A stretch of DNA of 55,955 bases from Bdellovibrionales bacterium (GCA_040380025.1 JBEIJY010000014.1:1-55955); one strand, 5' to 3'; counted from the first letter of the stretch, positions 29,045-39,356 are shown. Numbers and translations: made by a program. Notes: generated by a model not told the origin, from the letters alone.

Positions 29045-30247
29045 CTACCGCGATGGCGGTTTCAAGAGCGACTGACAGATCGCAGGGCCGTTTTTCTTCA
29101 GGTACTCTTCGACCGAGCCGAAAAATCGCTTGAGCCTCGTGCGACCTGCCGCGATCACGGGCAGGGTCACTTCATGAATCGGATCGGTGTACCGATAATA
29201 AGCGGTAAGACCGAGCCCGGTTGCGACCATCGCCCCGAGACTCCAGTACCCGACCTCGACCGCTCGCGAGGACATCAAGATCCCGCCCACGCTCAAGATC
29301 GATCCCACCGCGCTGATCATGCGCATGTTCGCGCGACGGATCGGTTCGACCACTTTTCCTGCACGGGTCTCTTGATACGACCCTTGTGCAAGGTCAAAGG
29401 CGGTTTCGCCGAAATTTCCGACCACGATCGAACCGAAGAATTTGTCCGGAAGAAACGCCATGGGAACCCCACCCAGATGGAACAAACCGTGAATCACCGC
29501 CTGAAGCGACCCCTGAAAGGCCACCTCATACAGGAACGAGAAAAAATAAATCCTCGGAAGCTCCAGGACCTTCCGGAACCGGCTCATCCCGGCGATCTTT
29601 TGGTTGATCTCGACCATCTCGGTATCGGTCAACGCCTTCCATTTCATATAATTCACGGCATTGGTGATCCGCTCGGTGTTGATCACATTGAAGAGCATGG
29701 CCGACATCGTTGCGAGACCGGCACCGATCGGAATCCACGCGGGGACATGGTGGGTGACAAACAGGTGAATGCACTCGACCGAACCCACAACGCCGATTCG
29801 CATGATCCAGACAAAGCGGTCGGCGTTCCGGACATACCGAAGCTGGGACTCCGTAAGCCCCTCTGGCGTCTCTTTCAGTTCGGGAATCCGGATCCGGTGT
29901 CCGTCGACCTCGACCCCCGGCACTTTTTCTGAAATCTCGCGCGCGATCTCCTCGGAGCCATCTCCTGAGGCAAGACCGCGATCGGCCGAAACGGGCACCG
30001 CATCCACCCAGTGAACCGCCACCTTCACATCGCGATTCACCGACCGGGCCTTCTTGACCTCGGCGCCAAAGCCCGCCACCAGCTCCTGCACATCGGCGGC
30101 GTCTTCGAGCACGAGCATGGCCCCGCTGATTTCCTGCCCTTCCTTCTGAAAGGAAAATCCGGCTGCGGGAATCTCGGCGCGGGCGATTCCCGTGACCCCA
30201 AGGACCGGAACACAAGAAAGAGTCAAAAATGCCTTAAATAAAGCCAT
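29045..30247 (-). CDS. Hypothetical exported/multi-TM membrane protein
   Basis: Long ORF with host-like codon usage; signal-like N-terminus, several hydrophobic segments, C-terminal CQSLL. Confidence 0.6.
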   Translation of the reverse strand: MALFKAFLTLSCVPVLGVTGIARAEIPAAGFSFQKEGQEISGAMLVLEDAADVQELVAGFGAEVKKARSVNRDVKVAVHWVDAVPVSADRGLASGDGSEEIAREISEKVPGVEVDGHRIRIPELKETPEGLTESQLRYVRNADRFVWIMRIGVVGSVECIHLFVTHHVPAWIPIGAGLATMSAMLFNVINTERITNAVNYMKWKALTDTEMVEINQKIAGMSRFRKVLELPRIYFFSFLYEVAFQGSLQAVIHGLFHLGGVPMAFLPDKFFGSIVVGNFGETAFDLAQGSYQETRAGKVVEPIRRANMRMISAVGSILSVGGILMSSRAVEVGYWSLGAMVATGLGLTAYYRYTDPIHEVTLPVIAAGRTRLKRFFGSVEEYLKKNGPAICQSLLKPPSR

Positions 30248-30358
30248 CTTTTTCGAAAAAATTGTCTGCAATGCCGTGCTCCTCTCCCGCCGATCCGGAC
30301 TCATCCTCAAAGAACGCGACAATAAATCATTTTGCGGAACAATCAACCCGATTTTGAG

Positions 30359-31033
30359 TCAGCGGCAGAGAACCGAAGGGGCCCCGGAATGATCAGCCGG
30401 ATGGGAGTCCAGCCGCTGATGAAGAGAGAAGAATCCGGCTCCGATCATGGCCACTGCCACCCACTTTCTTGCGCGGGCTCCGAATCGCCGCAAACCATGC
30501 CGCGCGACCACCGGTGCGGCGGTCAGAACCGGCACAGAACCCGCCCAAACCGCGAGAAAGATCAAGACTCCCCAAAGAGCATTTCCCGAACCCATGGCGA
30601 GAATCAGGGCCGTAAGGAGCCATCCACAGGGCAAAAGCGGAGTCAGGAGACCGACTGCGACCGCGCGATGGTTCGGTCCGAGCAAGGCGAGCGTGCGCTC
30701 GTTCAAAAAACAAAGAAACCGCGACCAGACACCGCCCCCCTCGATCGGGCGTCCGCGCCAGAGCAAATGAAGCCCCGAGGCCACAAGAAAAAACGAAAGC
30801 AATATCCCGGCGGCCAGGGAAAGCTCCGGGATTCCATCGGGCGCGGTCACGGCCCCACCGAACCATCCGGCAAGGAATCCGATTGCAAGATACGAAACCA
30901 ATCTTGAGGCCTGATACCGAAACTGAAGCGCGGGAGACGGCCCCACGGCAAGACTGAGGCCCCCGCACATGGCTCCGCAATGCACGCTTCCGGAAAGGGT
31001 CGCAATCAAAACGGCAAGAACCTTAAAGATCAT
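30359..31033 (-). CDS. DsbD_2/TauE-SafE-like membrane protein (cbb3 oxidase copper/heme assembly)
   Basis: GSVHCGAMCGG and LLPCGWL motifs; last gene of the cco cluster. Confidence 0.85.
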   Translation of the reverse strand: MIFKVLAVLIATLSGSVHCGAMCGGLSLAVGPSPALQFRYQASRLVSYLAIGFLAGWFGGAVTAPDGIPELSLAAGILLSFFLVASGLHLLWRGRPIEGGGVWSRFLCFLNERTLALLGPNHRAVAVGLLTPLLPCGWLLTALILAMGSGNALWGVLIFLAVWAGSVPVLTAAPVVARHGLRRFGARARKWVAVAMIGAGFFSLHQRLDSHPADHSGAPSVLCR

Positions 31034-32411
31034 TCGCAGGTCCGATCAGTTTCACGGGAGTCAGGGATCGATCCTCACGGTTCCATCGGGTCAGGAGCTG
31101 AATCTTTCCCTTGCCAGAGCCGGAATCCAAAGCCGACTTCGGGATCTTCACGAACAAATCAAAATCTCTCCGGTCGCCCGATTCCACCGTTCTCCGGACC
31201 GGATCCTCGAATCCGGGAGGAAGAACAAGCTCGATCCCCCGGGCCCGATCCCCCTCTTCGAGCAAAACCTCGGGGGTCAGGGCGTCCCACCCCATATTCG
31301 CCAAATGGACCTTGAAGTGATTCAGCACCAGCTCGGAACCTTCGCGGTCTTTCAGCACCTGATAGGGAATGTCCACCGCGCGCGTCACCTCGATCGAATA
31401 GGCCTCCCGGCCGGCGAGGCGAATGGCCAGGATCGAAAGACTGATCAGCAGAAGCGCCAGATAAACCAAGGGTCTGGCGCGGAGAAACCGGAAGGGTTTT
31501 CCTGCGATCGAAGCAATGCTTGCATACGAGATCAAACCGCGAGGTTTTTTGATCTTGTCCATCACCAGGTCACAAGCATCCACGCATGCCGTGCACGCGA
31601 TGCACTCCATCTGGACCCCGTTCCGGATGTCGATTCCGGTCGGGCACACACTGACACATCGATAACAGTCAATGCAGTCCTGCCGCTCCCGGTGATAATG
31701 AACAAACAAAGAGGAATCATCCATCATCACCGACTGGAAACGCCCGTAGGGGCAGGCAACCAGGCAGAACTGCTCGCGGAACCAGCCAAAATCAAAGAGC
31801 ACCACGCCCGAAAAAAGAAGCACGAGGACAAACGAGCGGGGACTCTCGAAGGGGGAACGGGTCATCATCCCGAATGAGGCTTCACTGCCGACAAAATAAG
31901 CAAGAAAACTGTGACTCAAAACCAGCGCGATCGCGATGAAGGCTCCCCACTTGGCTGATTTTTTCAGGAACTTGCCGATCGTCCACCGCCCCTGGTGGAG
32001 TCTCTTTCGTTCGAGCGCATTTCCCTCCAGCACCCGTTCGACAGCGCGAAACACCCGTTCAATGAAGACCGTTTGCGGACAGGCCCATCCGCACCAGGCC
32101 CGACCGAACCACGCAGTCAGAAGCCCCACTCCGAAAAGAAAAATCAGCGCAAGAAAGACCAGGTTCGGGACCTCGCGAGCAAAAAACAGCTGGCCGAAGA
32201 CTGAAAATCTCCGATTCGCGATGTCGAGGAGCAACAAGGGATGCCCGCCCACCCGAATCCAGGGGATCACAAGATACAGCGCGATCAAGCCCCACTGCAC
32301 CCACTGTCTTCGATTAGTCCATTTGCCACGCACCTCCGCCGGGAAAATCTTGATTCGCTTTCCCTCGGCGGAGGTGGTGGTCAATGCGTCCCGAACGACG
32401 GGTTTCGCCAT
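31023..32411 (-). CDS. ccoG: cbb3 oxidase accessory protein CcoG/FixG
   Basis: GRAWCGWACPQTVF, REQFCLVACPYGRFQ, two 4Fe-4S motifs CIDCYRCVSVCP and CIACTACVDAC. Confidence 0.93.
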   Translation of the reverse strand: MAKPVVRDALTTTSAEGKRIKIFPAEVRGKWTNRRQWVQWGLIALYLVIPWIRVGGHPLLLLDIANRRFSVFGQLFFAREVPNLVFLALIFLFGVGLLTAWFGRAWCGWACPQTVFIERVFRAVERVLEGNALERKRLHQGRWTIGKFLKKSAKWGAFIAIALVLSHSFLAYFVGSEASFGMMTRSPFESPRSFVLVLLFSGVVLFDFGWFREQFCLVACPYGRFQSVMMDDSSLFVHYHRERQDCIDCYRCVSVCPTGIDIRNGVQMECIACTACVDACDLVMDKIKKPRGLISYASIASIAGKPFRFLRARPLVYLALLLISLSILAIRLAGREAYSIEVTRAVDIPYQVLKDREGSELVLNHFKVHLANMGWDALTPEVLLEEGDRARGIELVLPPGFEDPVRRTVESGDRRDFDLFVKIPKSALDSGSGKGKIQLLTRWNREDRSLTPVKLIGPANDL

Positions 32412-32417
32412 AATTTG

Positions 32418-32999
32418 CTACCTTGCTTCCTCACCCTGCGGAGCCTTTGCCACCGCCGGACTCGTTCCTTGCAAAGACTTCACGTGAGCAACCACCCCCA
32501 GAAGATCGTCCTTCGAAAGGAGTCCCTTCCATCCGGGCATGCCCTTGTCGGCAACGCCCCCGGAGATGACCTTGTAGAGATCGCCATAAGAGCCTTTGCC
32601 GTGAATCCAGAATCGATCGGTCAGATTGGGTCCGATCAATCCTCCGCCATCAGCCGCATGACAAGAGGCACAGTTCGTGGCGTAGGTCTTTTTACCGGCA
32701 TCACGGGTGGCCGCAAGCCCTGCGAGCTTTTCGAACTCCTGATCATCCGGGGCAACGCTCGCATTCTTGGACTGAAGCCGGAGGACCTCGGCCATCTCCT
32801 GCCTGAGTCGGGAATCGGAGGACTCGCCTGTGCCCCACTCATAGTAAACATAGTAAAGAACCGCGAAGGCGATTGACAAATAAAAGAACAACTGCCACCA
32901 GAAGGGTGCGCCATTGTCGAGTTCCTGGATTCCGTCATATTCGTGGTCTGCCAGTGGAACATCATATTGGTTTTTTTGTGGGTTTGTTTCCTCACTCAT
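32418..32999 (-). CDS. ccoP: cbb3-type cytochrome c oxidase subunit III (short monoheme form)
   Basis: DHEYDGIQELDN N-terminal motif, one CASCH, GPNLTDRFWIHG, GMPGW. Confidence 0.9.
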   Translation of the reverse strand: MSEETNPQKNQYDVPLADHEYDGIQELDNGAPFWWQLFFYLSIAFAVLYYVYYEWGTGESSDSRLRQEMAEVLRLQSKNASVAPDDQEFEKLAGLAATRDAGKKTYATNCASCHAADGGGLIGPNLTDRFWIHGKGSYGDLYKVISGGVADKGMPGWKGLLSKDDLLGVVAHVKSLQGTSPAVAKAPQGEEAR

Positions 33000-33169
33000 G
33001 TCGATTCTCCTTTTTCTTGAAGAGGAAGCCGGCTCAGTTCGGCATAGACGCTCTGACTCTCCCTCCGGAACACCCAAATCACGGCCCCGAGGAACACCGC
33101 CATGAACAGCATCATGCTCACGACGGGAAGAGCACTCCAATGCAGATGGCTCAGTAATTCGCGGATCAT
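32996..33169 (-). CDS. ccoQ: cbb3-type oxidase small subunit CcoQ (57 aa)
   Basis: Single TM followed by SRLPL; ATGA overlaps on both sides between ccoNO and ccoP. Confidence 0.8.
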   Translation of the reverse strand: MIRELLSHLHWSALPVVSMMLFMAVFLGAVIWVFRRESQSVYAELSRLPLQEKGEST

Positions 33170-35328
33170 TTTCTTGCTCCTTGTCCGAGTTTCTGAAGAT
33201 ACGCAATCAATGCGATGATCTCGTGCTCTTCCTTCGCGTGGGTCACGCCGCCCTCGGCGAGATCCTTCAGGATTCCGGCCGCTTGGGTTTTCGCGTGACC
33301 CGCGGCATCCCGCACCTCTTCGGCGGTGTAGGGCACACCAAGCGTCGCCATGGCAGAGAGGCGCCTCGAAAGGCCGCCGAAATCGACCTTGTCCTTGAAG
33401 AGCCACGAATACGCCGGCATCACCGAACCCGCGACTACTTCCTGCGGATTCAGCATGTGGCGGTAGTGCCAGAGATTCGGATATTTCAGACCTTCCCGCG
33501 CGAGATCCGGTCCGATCCGCTTCGATCCCCACTGGAAGGGATGATCATACATCGAGTCTTCGATCTTCGATGCCGGACCGAATCGGAGCACATCCCCGAC
33601 CGTCTTGCGGATCATCTGGGAATGACAGGTGTAACACCCCTCACGAACATAAATGTCGCGTCCGGCGAGTTCGAGCGGAGTATACGGACGATTCAATTCG
33701 AGATTGTAATTCGACTCCACGAGCCCGTTCGATGCGATCATCGGCGCGAGCGAAATCACCGAACCGATCGAGATTGCCACGACCGAAAGAGCCGCAAGGA
33801 CCATGGGAAGCCCCTCGAGCGTGCGGTGGGAGAATGTCCCCTCGCCCTCGAGTTCGGTCAGAATCGGTTTCGAAACAAACCGCGCGTACCGGTCTTCCGC
33901 GTCTGCAAGAGGAGCCCCTCTGGCGACGCCTATGGTTTTGGCCACGTTGTAGAGCATCACGCAAAACCCTGCGAGATAAACGACTCCTCCGATGGCACGG
34001 ATCACATAAAGCGGAACGATCCGGGTCACCGTCTGAACGAAATCAGGATAGGCGAGCACTCCGTCGGCATTCACTTCGCGCCACATGAGGCCTTGGGTGA
34101 TTCCCGCCGTGTACATCGAGATCACATAAAGCAGGATCCCGATGGTCCCGAGCCAGAAGTGCGTGTTTGCAAGGCGTTTCGAGTACAACTCCCGACCCCA
34201 GAGTTTCGGCACGAGGTAATAAATCATCCCGAACGAGAGAAACCCGTTCCATCCCAGAGCGCCCGCATGGACATGCGCGACGATCCAGTCCGTATAGTGC
34301 CCGAGTTCGTTCACGCTCTTGATCGAAAGAAGCGGTCCCTCAAACGTCGACATTCCATAAAAGGTCATGGCAAGCACCATGAACTTCACCATCGGTTCGG
34401 TACGAAGCTTGTCCCACGCCCCCCTCAGGGTCAGAAGACCATTGATCATCCCGCCCCACGACGGGATCCAAAGCATCACGCTGAACACCATCCCGGTGGT
34501 TTGCGCCCAATCGGGTACCGAGCTGTTCAAAAGATGATGGGGCCCGGCCCAGATGTAAATGAACACGAGAGTCCAGAAGTGGATCACCGACAAACGGTAG
34601 GAATACACCGGCCGGTTCACCGATTTGGGAACAAAGTAATACATGAGCCCCAAGAACGGGGTGGTCAGGAAGAATGCCACCGCATTGTGTCCGTACCACC
34701 ACTGAACGAGCGCGTCACTGACTCCGGCATAGGCGGAATAGCTCTTGAAGAGGCTCACAGGCAGGGCCATTGAGTTTGTCACATGCAAAATGGCAACCGT
34801 GATGAAGGTTGCAATGTAAAACCAGACCGCGACATAAATGTGCTTCACCCTGCGGATCAGGACCGTCCGGAGCAGGTTGTAGCCGAAAGCGAGCCAAACG
34901 ACCGCGATGGCGATGTCGACGGGCCACTCGAGCTCGGCATATTCTTTTCCTTGCGTGATCCCGAAGGGCAACGTGAGAGCCGCCATGACAATGATCGCCT
35001 GCCAGCCCCAAAAATGAAACCGGCTGACCCCGTCGCTGAACATGCGGGTTTTCAGCACTCGCTGGGCTGAATAATAAATACCAGCGAAGATCGCGTTTCC
35101 GGCAAACGCAAAAATCGCGGCGTTCGTATGGAGCGGACGCAGGCGTCCGAAGCCCAAAAACGGAAGATTGAATCCGAGGCCCGGGAATGCCATCTCGAAT
35201 GCAATGTAAATTCCAACCAAAAATGCGACAAAGGCCCACACGAGGGTGGCAAGAGTGAACTTCCGGACGATTTCATCGTCGTACCGGAAGGTCTCCAACG
35301 GACCTGTGTTCAAAGTGTCATCATTCAT
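33166..35328 (-). CDS. ccoN: cbb3-type cytochrome c oxidase fused subunit I/II (CcoN-CcoO)
   Basis: RLRPLHTN, WWYGHNAV, WAGPHHL, HVHAGALGW; C-terminal CcoO domain EGCYTCHSQMIR, WGSKRIGPDLAR. Confidence 0.96.
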   Translation of the reverse strand: MNDDTLNTGPLETFRYDDEIVRKFTLATLVWAFVAFLVGIYIAFEMAFPGLGFNLPFLGFGRLRPLHTNAAIFAFAGNAIFAGIYYSAQRVLKTRMFSDGVSRFHFWGWQAIIVMAALTLPFGITQGKEYAELEWPVDIAIAVVWLAFGYNLLRTVLIRRVKHIYVAVWFYIATFITVAILHVTNSMALPVSLFKSYSAYAGVSDALVQWWYGHNAVAFFLTTPFLGLMYYFVPKSVNRPVYSYRLSVIHFWTLVFIYIWAGPHHLLNSSVPDWAQTTGMVFSVMLWIPSWGGMINGLLTLRGAWDKLRTEPMVKFMVLAMTFYGMSTFEGPLLSIKSVNELGHYTDWIVAHVHAGALGWNGFLSFGMIYYLVPKLWGRELYSKRLANTHFWLGTIGILLYVISMYTAGITQGLMWREVNADGVLAYPDFVQTVTRIVPLYVIRAIGGVVYLAGFCVMLYNVAKTIGVARGAPLADAEDRYARFVSKPILTELEGEGTFSHRTLEGLPMVLAALSVVAISIGSVISLAPMIASNGLVESNYNLELNRPYTPLELAGRDIYVREGCYTCHSQMIRKTVGDVLRFGPASKIEDSMYDHPFQWGSKRIGPDLAREGLKYPNLWHYRHMLNPQEVVAGSVMPAYSWLFKDKVDFGGLSRRLSAMATLGVPYTAEEVRDAAGHAKTQAAGILKDLAEGGVTHAKEEHEIIALIAYLQKLGQGARK

Positions 35329-35491
35329 TGTTTTTCTCCTTTTTCATTTCTTTTTTTTCTTCGATCAAAATCCGGATGGCGGGGGTGATGAGATCCTCGT
35401 ACTGCCCGGACCGCGCGTTCCAGACGAAAATCCACAAAAACCCGAGCCCCATGAGCAAGGCGAACGGCACGAGCGCATACACGATGATCAT
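35321..35491 (-). CDS. ccoS: cbb3 oxidase maturation protein CcoS/FixS (56 aa; absent from the ORF track)
   Basis: Manual translation MIIVYALVPFALLMGLGFLWIFVWNARSGQYEDLITPAIRILIEEKK...; GQYED motif; lies between ccoI and ccoN. Confidence 0.88.
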   Translation of the reverse strand: MIIVYALVPFALLMGLGFLWIFVWNARSGQYEDLITPAIRILIEEKKEMKKEKNNE

Positions 35492-37759
35492 GTGCGTTCT
35501 TCCTTTCCCATGAACACGGTTGTCCCCAAAAACACAGAGCTCGCCGAAAGCGGCATCAATACCGCCGCCCAGAGCGGGCTCATGTGTCCGGTCAGCGCTA
35601 GGAGCGCTCCGGCACAGTTGTAGAGCGTGCTAATCGTGAAGTTCATCACCAGCACGCGCCTGACCTTTTTTGCCATGGCAAGAAATTCCAAAACTCCCGA
35701 AATCCCGGGTCGGAGCGAAACCACATCGCTCGAATCGATGGCCGCTTCCAACCCCCCTTGGACCGCAACCCCGACTCTGGCCTCCAAAAGAGCCAGGGCA
35801 TCATTCACCCCCATCGCCCACCATCATGGCTTCTCTGGCTCGCTCGGCCTTGTCGGCCGGACTCAGGGACGCATGAATCGTCACAGGCAGATCCCCCAGA
35901 ACTCTTCGCGCGCGTTCTTCGTGGTCGCCCGTCAGGACCCGAAGCTCGTATCCGTCACTCTTCAGGGCCGTAGCCACCGAAGCCGAGTCGGGCCTCAGGC
36001 AATCCTGAAACCCGAACTCTGCGATCGCGATCGCATGTCCGTTCTCTTCGCGATAAAATTGGGCACCATAGCGGGCATCGGAGGGGTGTTTGCGGAGGCC
36101 GTATTTCACCCCCTGAACCCACCCTTCGACACCGACGCCGGGAACCTCCACATGATTTTCGAGCGCGATCCCGGGGAGGGTTCCGAAAAGGGCCACAGTC
36201 TCCCGATAGAGCGCTCGGCTCACGGGATGACCGGACCCAGACGTAAGGGAAGCAAGAATGGCCCGCGCGGATTCATCGAGCGCGAGAAGCTCACTCGCGC
36301 TCCCCTTCAGGGTCCCGAATGTCAGGGTTCCGGTTTTATCGAAGGCGATCGTTTTCACGCCGAGGGCTTCATCGAGCGCCTCGGGATTCTTCAAGAGCAA
36401 GCCCTTCGACAAAAGAATGCTTGCGGCGCGGCCGTACACCAGCGGTGTGGCAAGTGCGAGGGCGCAGGGACAGGTCACAATCAGCAAAGCCAAAACCCGC
36501 TTGAAGCCCTCAGAACCCATCCCGGCAGACCAGAACGCGGTCCCTGCGATCAAAGCGATGAGCAGAACCGTCTTCAGCAGGACACCCGCCCAGCGCTCTG
36601 TCGCCCGTTCGGTCCTCGTTCTTTGTCCTCTCGCCTCCTCGAGTCTTGACAGGAACTTTTGGAGTCTCGTGCCTGCACCGACTGCTTCCACCCGGGCCCG
36701 GGCTTGCGCATCCGCATCCACCACGCGGGTTCCGGCATGAATCGCATCTCCCGGATTCACCAACACGGGCTCGGATTCCCCGGTGAAGTGGGATTGATCC
36801 ACCCAGATTTTTCCTGTGAGCAAGCGCCCGTCGAAGGCAATCGCCTCACCGGCATGAAGCAACACTGAGTCACCGACAGATCCCGAAAAGGGCGCATGGA
36901 ACCAGCCGATCAAGGCTGGACTGAGGCCTGTCGCCTGCCGCATCCGCGCAAGGTGGTAGCGGCTCGAAAGAAGAAGAAAGATCAGTGCGGTCAGGCTGTC
37001 AAAATAAAGATCGTGGGTTCCCGAAAAAAGCGAAAACACCGAATAAAAAAACGCAGTCAGGATTGCGAGAAGAATGGGCGCGTCGATCGGAAAAAAACCG
37101 TTTCTTAGTCCCGCAAGGACATTTCCGAAAAAACTGCGTCCGGAATAAAACACCGTAGGAATCGCAAGGCCGAACGAGAGCCATTCGAAGAGCGTCCGGA
37201 ATCCCCCGCTCACTCCCGAATACAACGGAATGCTCATCAGCATGACATTCCCTGCGAGCGCGCCGGCCACGCCGATGTCGACCAGACGCTTGCGGTTTTC
37301 GCGCTCGAGGTGGGAGGTCCCTTCGGCCTCGCTCCCGGTCAGATGGGGGCGATACCCCAAGGATTCGATCATCCGCGCGACGCGACTCCGGTCCGCGCCC
37401 TGATGGAGCCCGACCCGAAGAATCGATTGGGACAAATTCAGGGTCGAGGAACTCACATCGGCAGGCAGTGCCTCCGACAGCTTTTCCAGGAGCCAGACGC
37501 AGGCGGTGCAGTGGACCCCCTCGACATAAATCCGGAGCGGATTTTCAGAGCTTTCATTCCAGAACGCGTAATCCCGCCCCTCAAGGCGGACGGGTCTGCT
37601 TTCAGAAAAGCAGACCCCTTCCTCCTTCATTTCGTAATACTTCGAGAACGGACCCGACATCAAAATGCGATGCACGGCCCGGCATCCGGAACAGCAAAAC
37701 CGGGGATCGTTGAAATCCCCGACCGGTTGTCGGCAATGCAAGCAAAGCGCCGCTTCCAT
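35488..37759 (-). pseudogene. ccoI: Copper-translocating P1B-type ATPase CcoI/FixI with a +1 frameshift (real lesion or sequencing error)
   Basis: N-terminal CxHC/FCCxGC and CxxC, TGES, CPC, DKTGT. The GDGVND motif is split across frames at the C5 run 35808-35812. Confidence 0.85.
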
Positions 37760-37775
37760 TCCCTGCTCCTTGCTC

Positions 37776-38186
37776 CTAGTGGGCGAGACGGGTGGTCAGC
37801 AGTTCCCCGAATGCAGACAAAGCATCGGTGGTGGTGAAAATCCCGACCAGACGGTGATGATCCACGACCAGGACGCTTCCGATTTTCTTCTCGGCCATCA
37901 ACTGAACCACCTCATCGAGCTTGGCATCCGGCTTCACCAAGAACGCCTCCTCGTTCGCGATCTCCCCGACCTTGCAGATCTCGGGGTCCACGCCATTCAG
38001 CGACATGGCGAGCTTCAGGTCGCGATCGCTCAGAATGCCCACCAGCTGGCCGTCCGACATCACGGGAAGGTGGCGGATATGATGCTCCTTCATCAGCTTT
38101 CCGGCGATCGAGAGCGGTTGCTCCCTTCCTACCGAGTGGGGGGTGGTGGTCATGTATTTTTGAATCAACGGAACAGGCTTACTCAT
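37776..38186 (-). CDS. CBS-domain pair protein
   Basis: HIRHLPV...LVGILSDRD; KIGSVLVVD...LVGIFTTTD; AGGAG RBS. Confidence 0.9.
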   Translation of the reverse strand: MSKPVPLIQKYMTTTPHSVGREQPLSIAGKLMKEHHIRHLPVMSDGQLVGILSDRDLKLAMSLNGVDPEICKVGEIANEEAFLVKPDAKLDEVVQLMAEKKIGSVLVVDHHRLVGIFTTTDALSAFGELLTTRLAH

Positions 38187-38254
38187 GGCTTTCGTCTCCT
38201 TACCGATACTCTAGCGAAGGGGGCGTCCGGGGTGTTATGATGGGCCTGATAAAA

Positions 38255-38274
38255 AACATGACGAGCGTCATGTT
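38255..38274. promoter_or_regulatory. Perfect palindrome, probable Crp/Fnr-family operator
   Basis: AACATGAC-GAGC-GTCATGTT (TGA-N6-TCA core) between the divergent cco operon and the Crp/Fnr gene. Confidence 0.7.
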
Positions 38275-38286
38275 CTGGAGGACACA

Positions 38287-38967
38287 GTGAGCCGGGCAAA
38301 GCATGAGTGCGAGAATTGCCAAAGCCGGGGCCAGAGCCTTCTCTGCTCCCTGCACGAAGAGGAATTGAAGTTCCTCGACGAAACCAAGTTCGTGGGAAAA
38401 CACAAACCGGGCCAGTACCTCTTTTATGCAGGAAATCCGGCCACCGGAATTTATTGCATCTCCTCGGGAACCGTCAAACTCGAATCGCTCGACGATACCG
38501 GAAAGTCGCATCTCATGCAGATCTTCAAGAGCGGAAGCATGATCGGATACCGCGCGCTGTTTTCGGACGAGCCCTACCAGAGCTCGGGAATTGTGGTCGA
38601 TGACGCCGAGATCTGTTTCATCCCGAAATCCGCGATTCTCGGACTGATTTCAAAAAACCCCGACCTCGCCCTGAAGTTCCTGATGCAGCTCTCGCATGAC
38701 TTCCGGCAAATGGAGCAACGGTTGAAGAGGGTCGCATCGCATTCCGCCCCGGAGCGGATCGCCGAGGCCCTGCTTTTTTTGCGTGAGAACTTCAACGAGA
38801 AGAACTGGACCCGGAAAGAAATCGCGGAATGGGCAAGCACCACCACCGAGACGGTGATCCGCACTCTGGCCGACTTCGAAAAGGAGGGCCTGATCGAACA
38901 GAAGGGCCGCGCGATCCGGATCCTGAACCGATCGAAGCTCCTCGAGAAATCAAAGATCACCTTCTGA
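38287..38967 (+). CDS. Crp/Fnr-family regulator, FNR-like (putative Fe-S oxygen sensor)
   Basis: N-terminal CENC-x8-C plus a later EICFIP cysteine; HTH TRKEIAEWASTTTETVIRTL; GGAGG RBS with GTG start. Confidence 0.88.
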   Translation: MSRAKHECENCQSRGQSLLCSLHEEELKFLDETKFVGKHKPGQYLFYAGNPATGIYCISSGTVKLESLDDTGKSHLMQIFKSGSMIGYRALFSDEPYQSSGIVVDDAEICFIPKSAILGLISKNPDLALKFLMQLSHDFRQMEQRLKRVASHSAPERIAEALLFLRENFNEKNWTRKEIAEWASTTTETVIRTLADFEKEGLIEQKGRAIRILNRSKLLEKSKITF

Positions 38968-38972
38968 GCGGA

Positions 38973-39356
38973 TCAGATCGAGGCAAGAGCAACGAGTGTC
39001 GCGCCGAAATACACGAACATGTTGGCGGAGCCCTGGTATTCTCCGGTGACCCGGAGCCCGAAGCAAAGAATCGCAAACAAAAACAGCGAGCCGACCAGCG
39101 AGAGCGGCAACAGACCAGGAACCAAAACAGAAAGCACGAACCCCGCGAAGAGAGCGGTCTCGAGAAATGCGATCAACCAGAACCCCATGGCCGCACCCCC
39201 GGGAAGCTTTGACACCACCGTTCCCTCGAATGGTTTCAAAAACCAGTCCGGAGCCTTCCCCGCCTTGAGCTTGTCGAAAGCGGCCGTTCCCATGAGGACT
39301 GCGTAGATCAGCGCGATCGCCAAATTCACTGCCGGTGACACATTCGAAATTTCCAT
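38973..39356 (-). CDS. Small DoxX-like membrane protein
   Basis: Four hydrophobic segments; AFDKL...WF...F pattern; TAGGCT-N6-ATG leaderless promoter. Confidence 0.6.
   Translation of the reverse strand: MEISNVSPAVNLAIALIYAVLMGTAAFDKLKAGKAPDWFLKPFEGTVVSKLPGGAAMGFWLIAFLETALFAGFVLSVLVPGLLPLSLVGSLFLFAILCFGLRVTGEYQGSANMFVYFGATLVALASI

Noticed and set aside
33181..34773. 530-aa plus-strand ORF and similar long antisense ORFs (691..1797, 5923..7266, 6899..8413, 23115..24323, 43749..45173)
   Set aside because: Shadow ORFs opposite well-supported genes in GC-rich DNA; no recognisable motifs.
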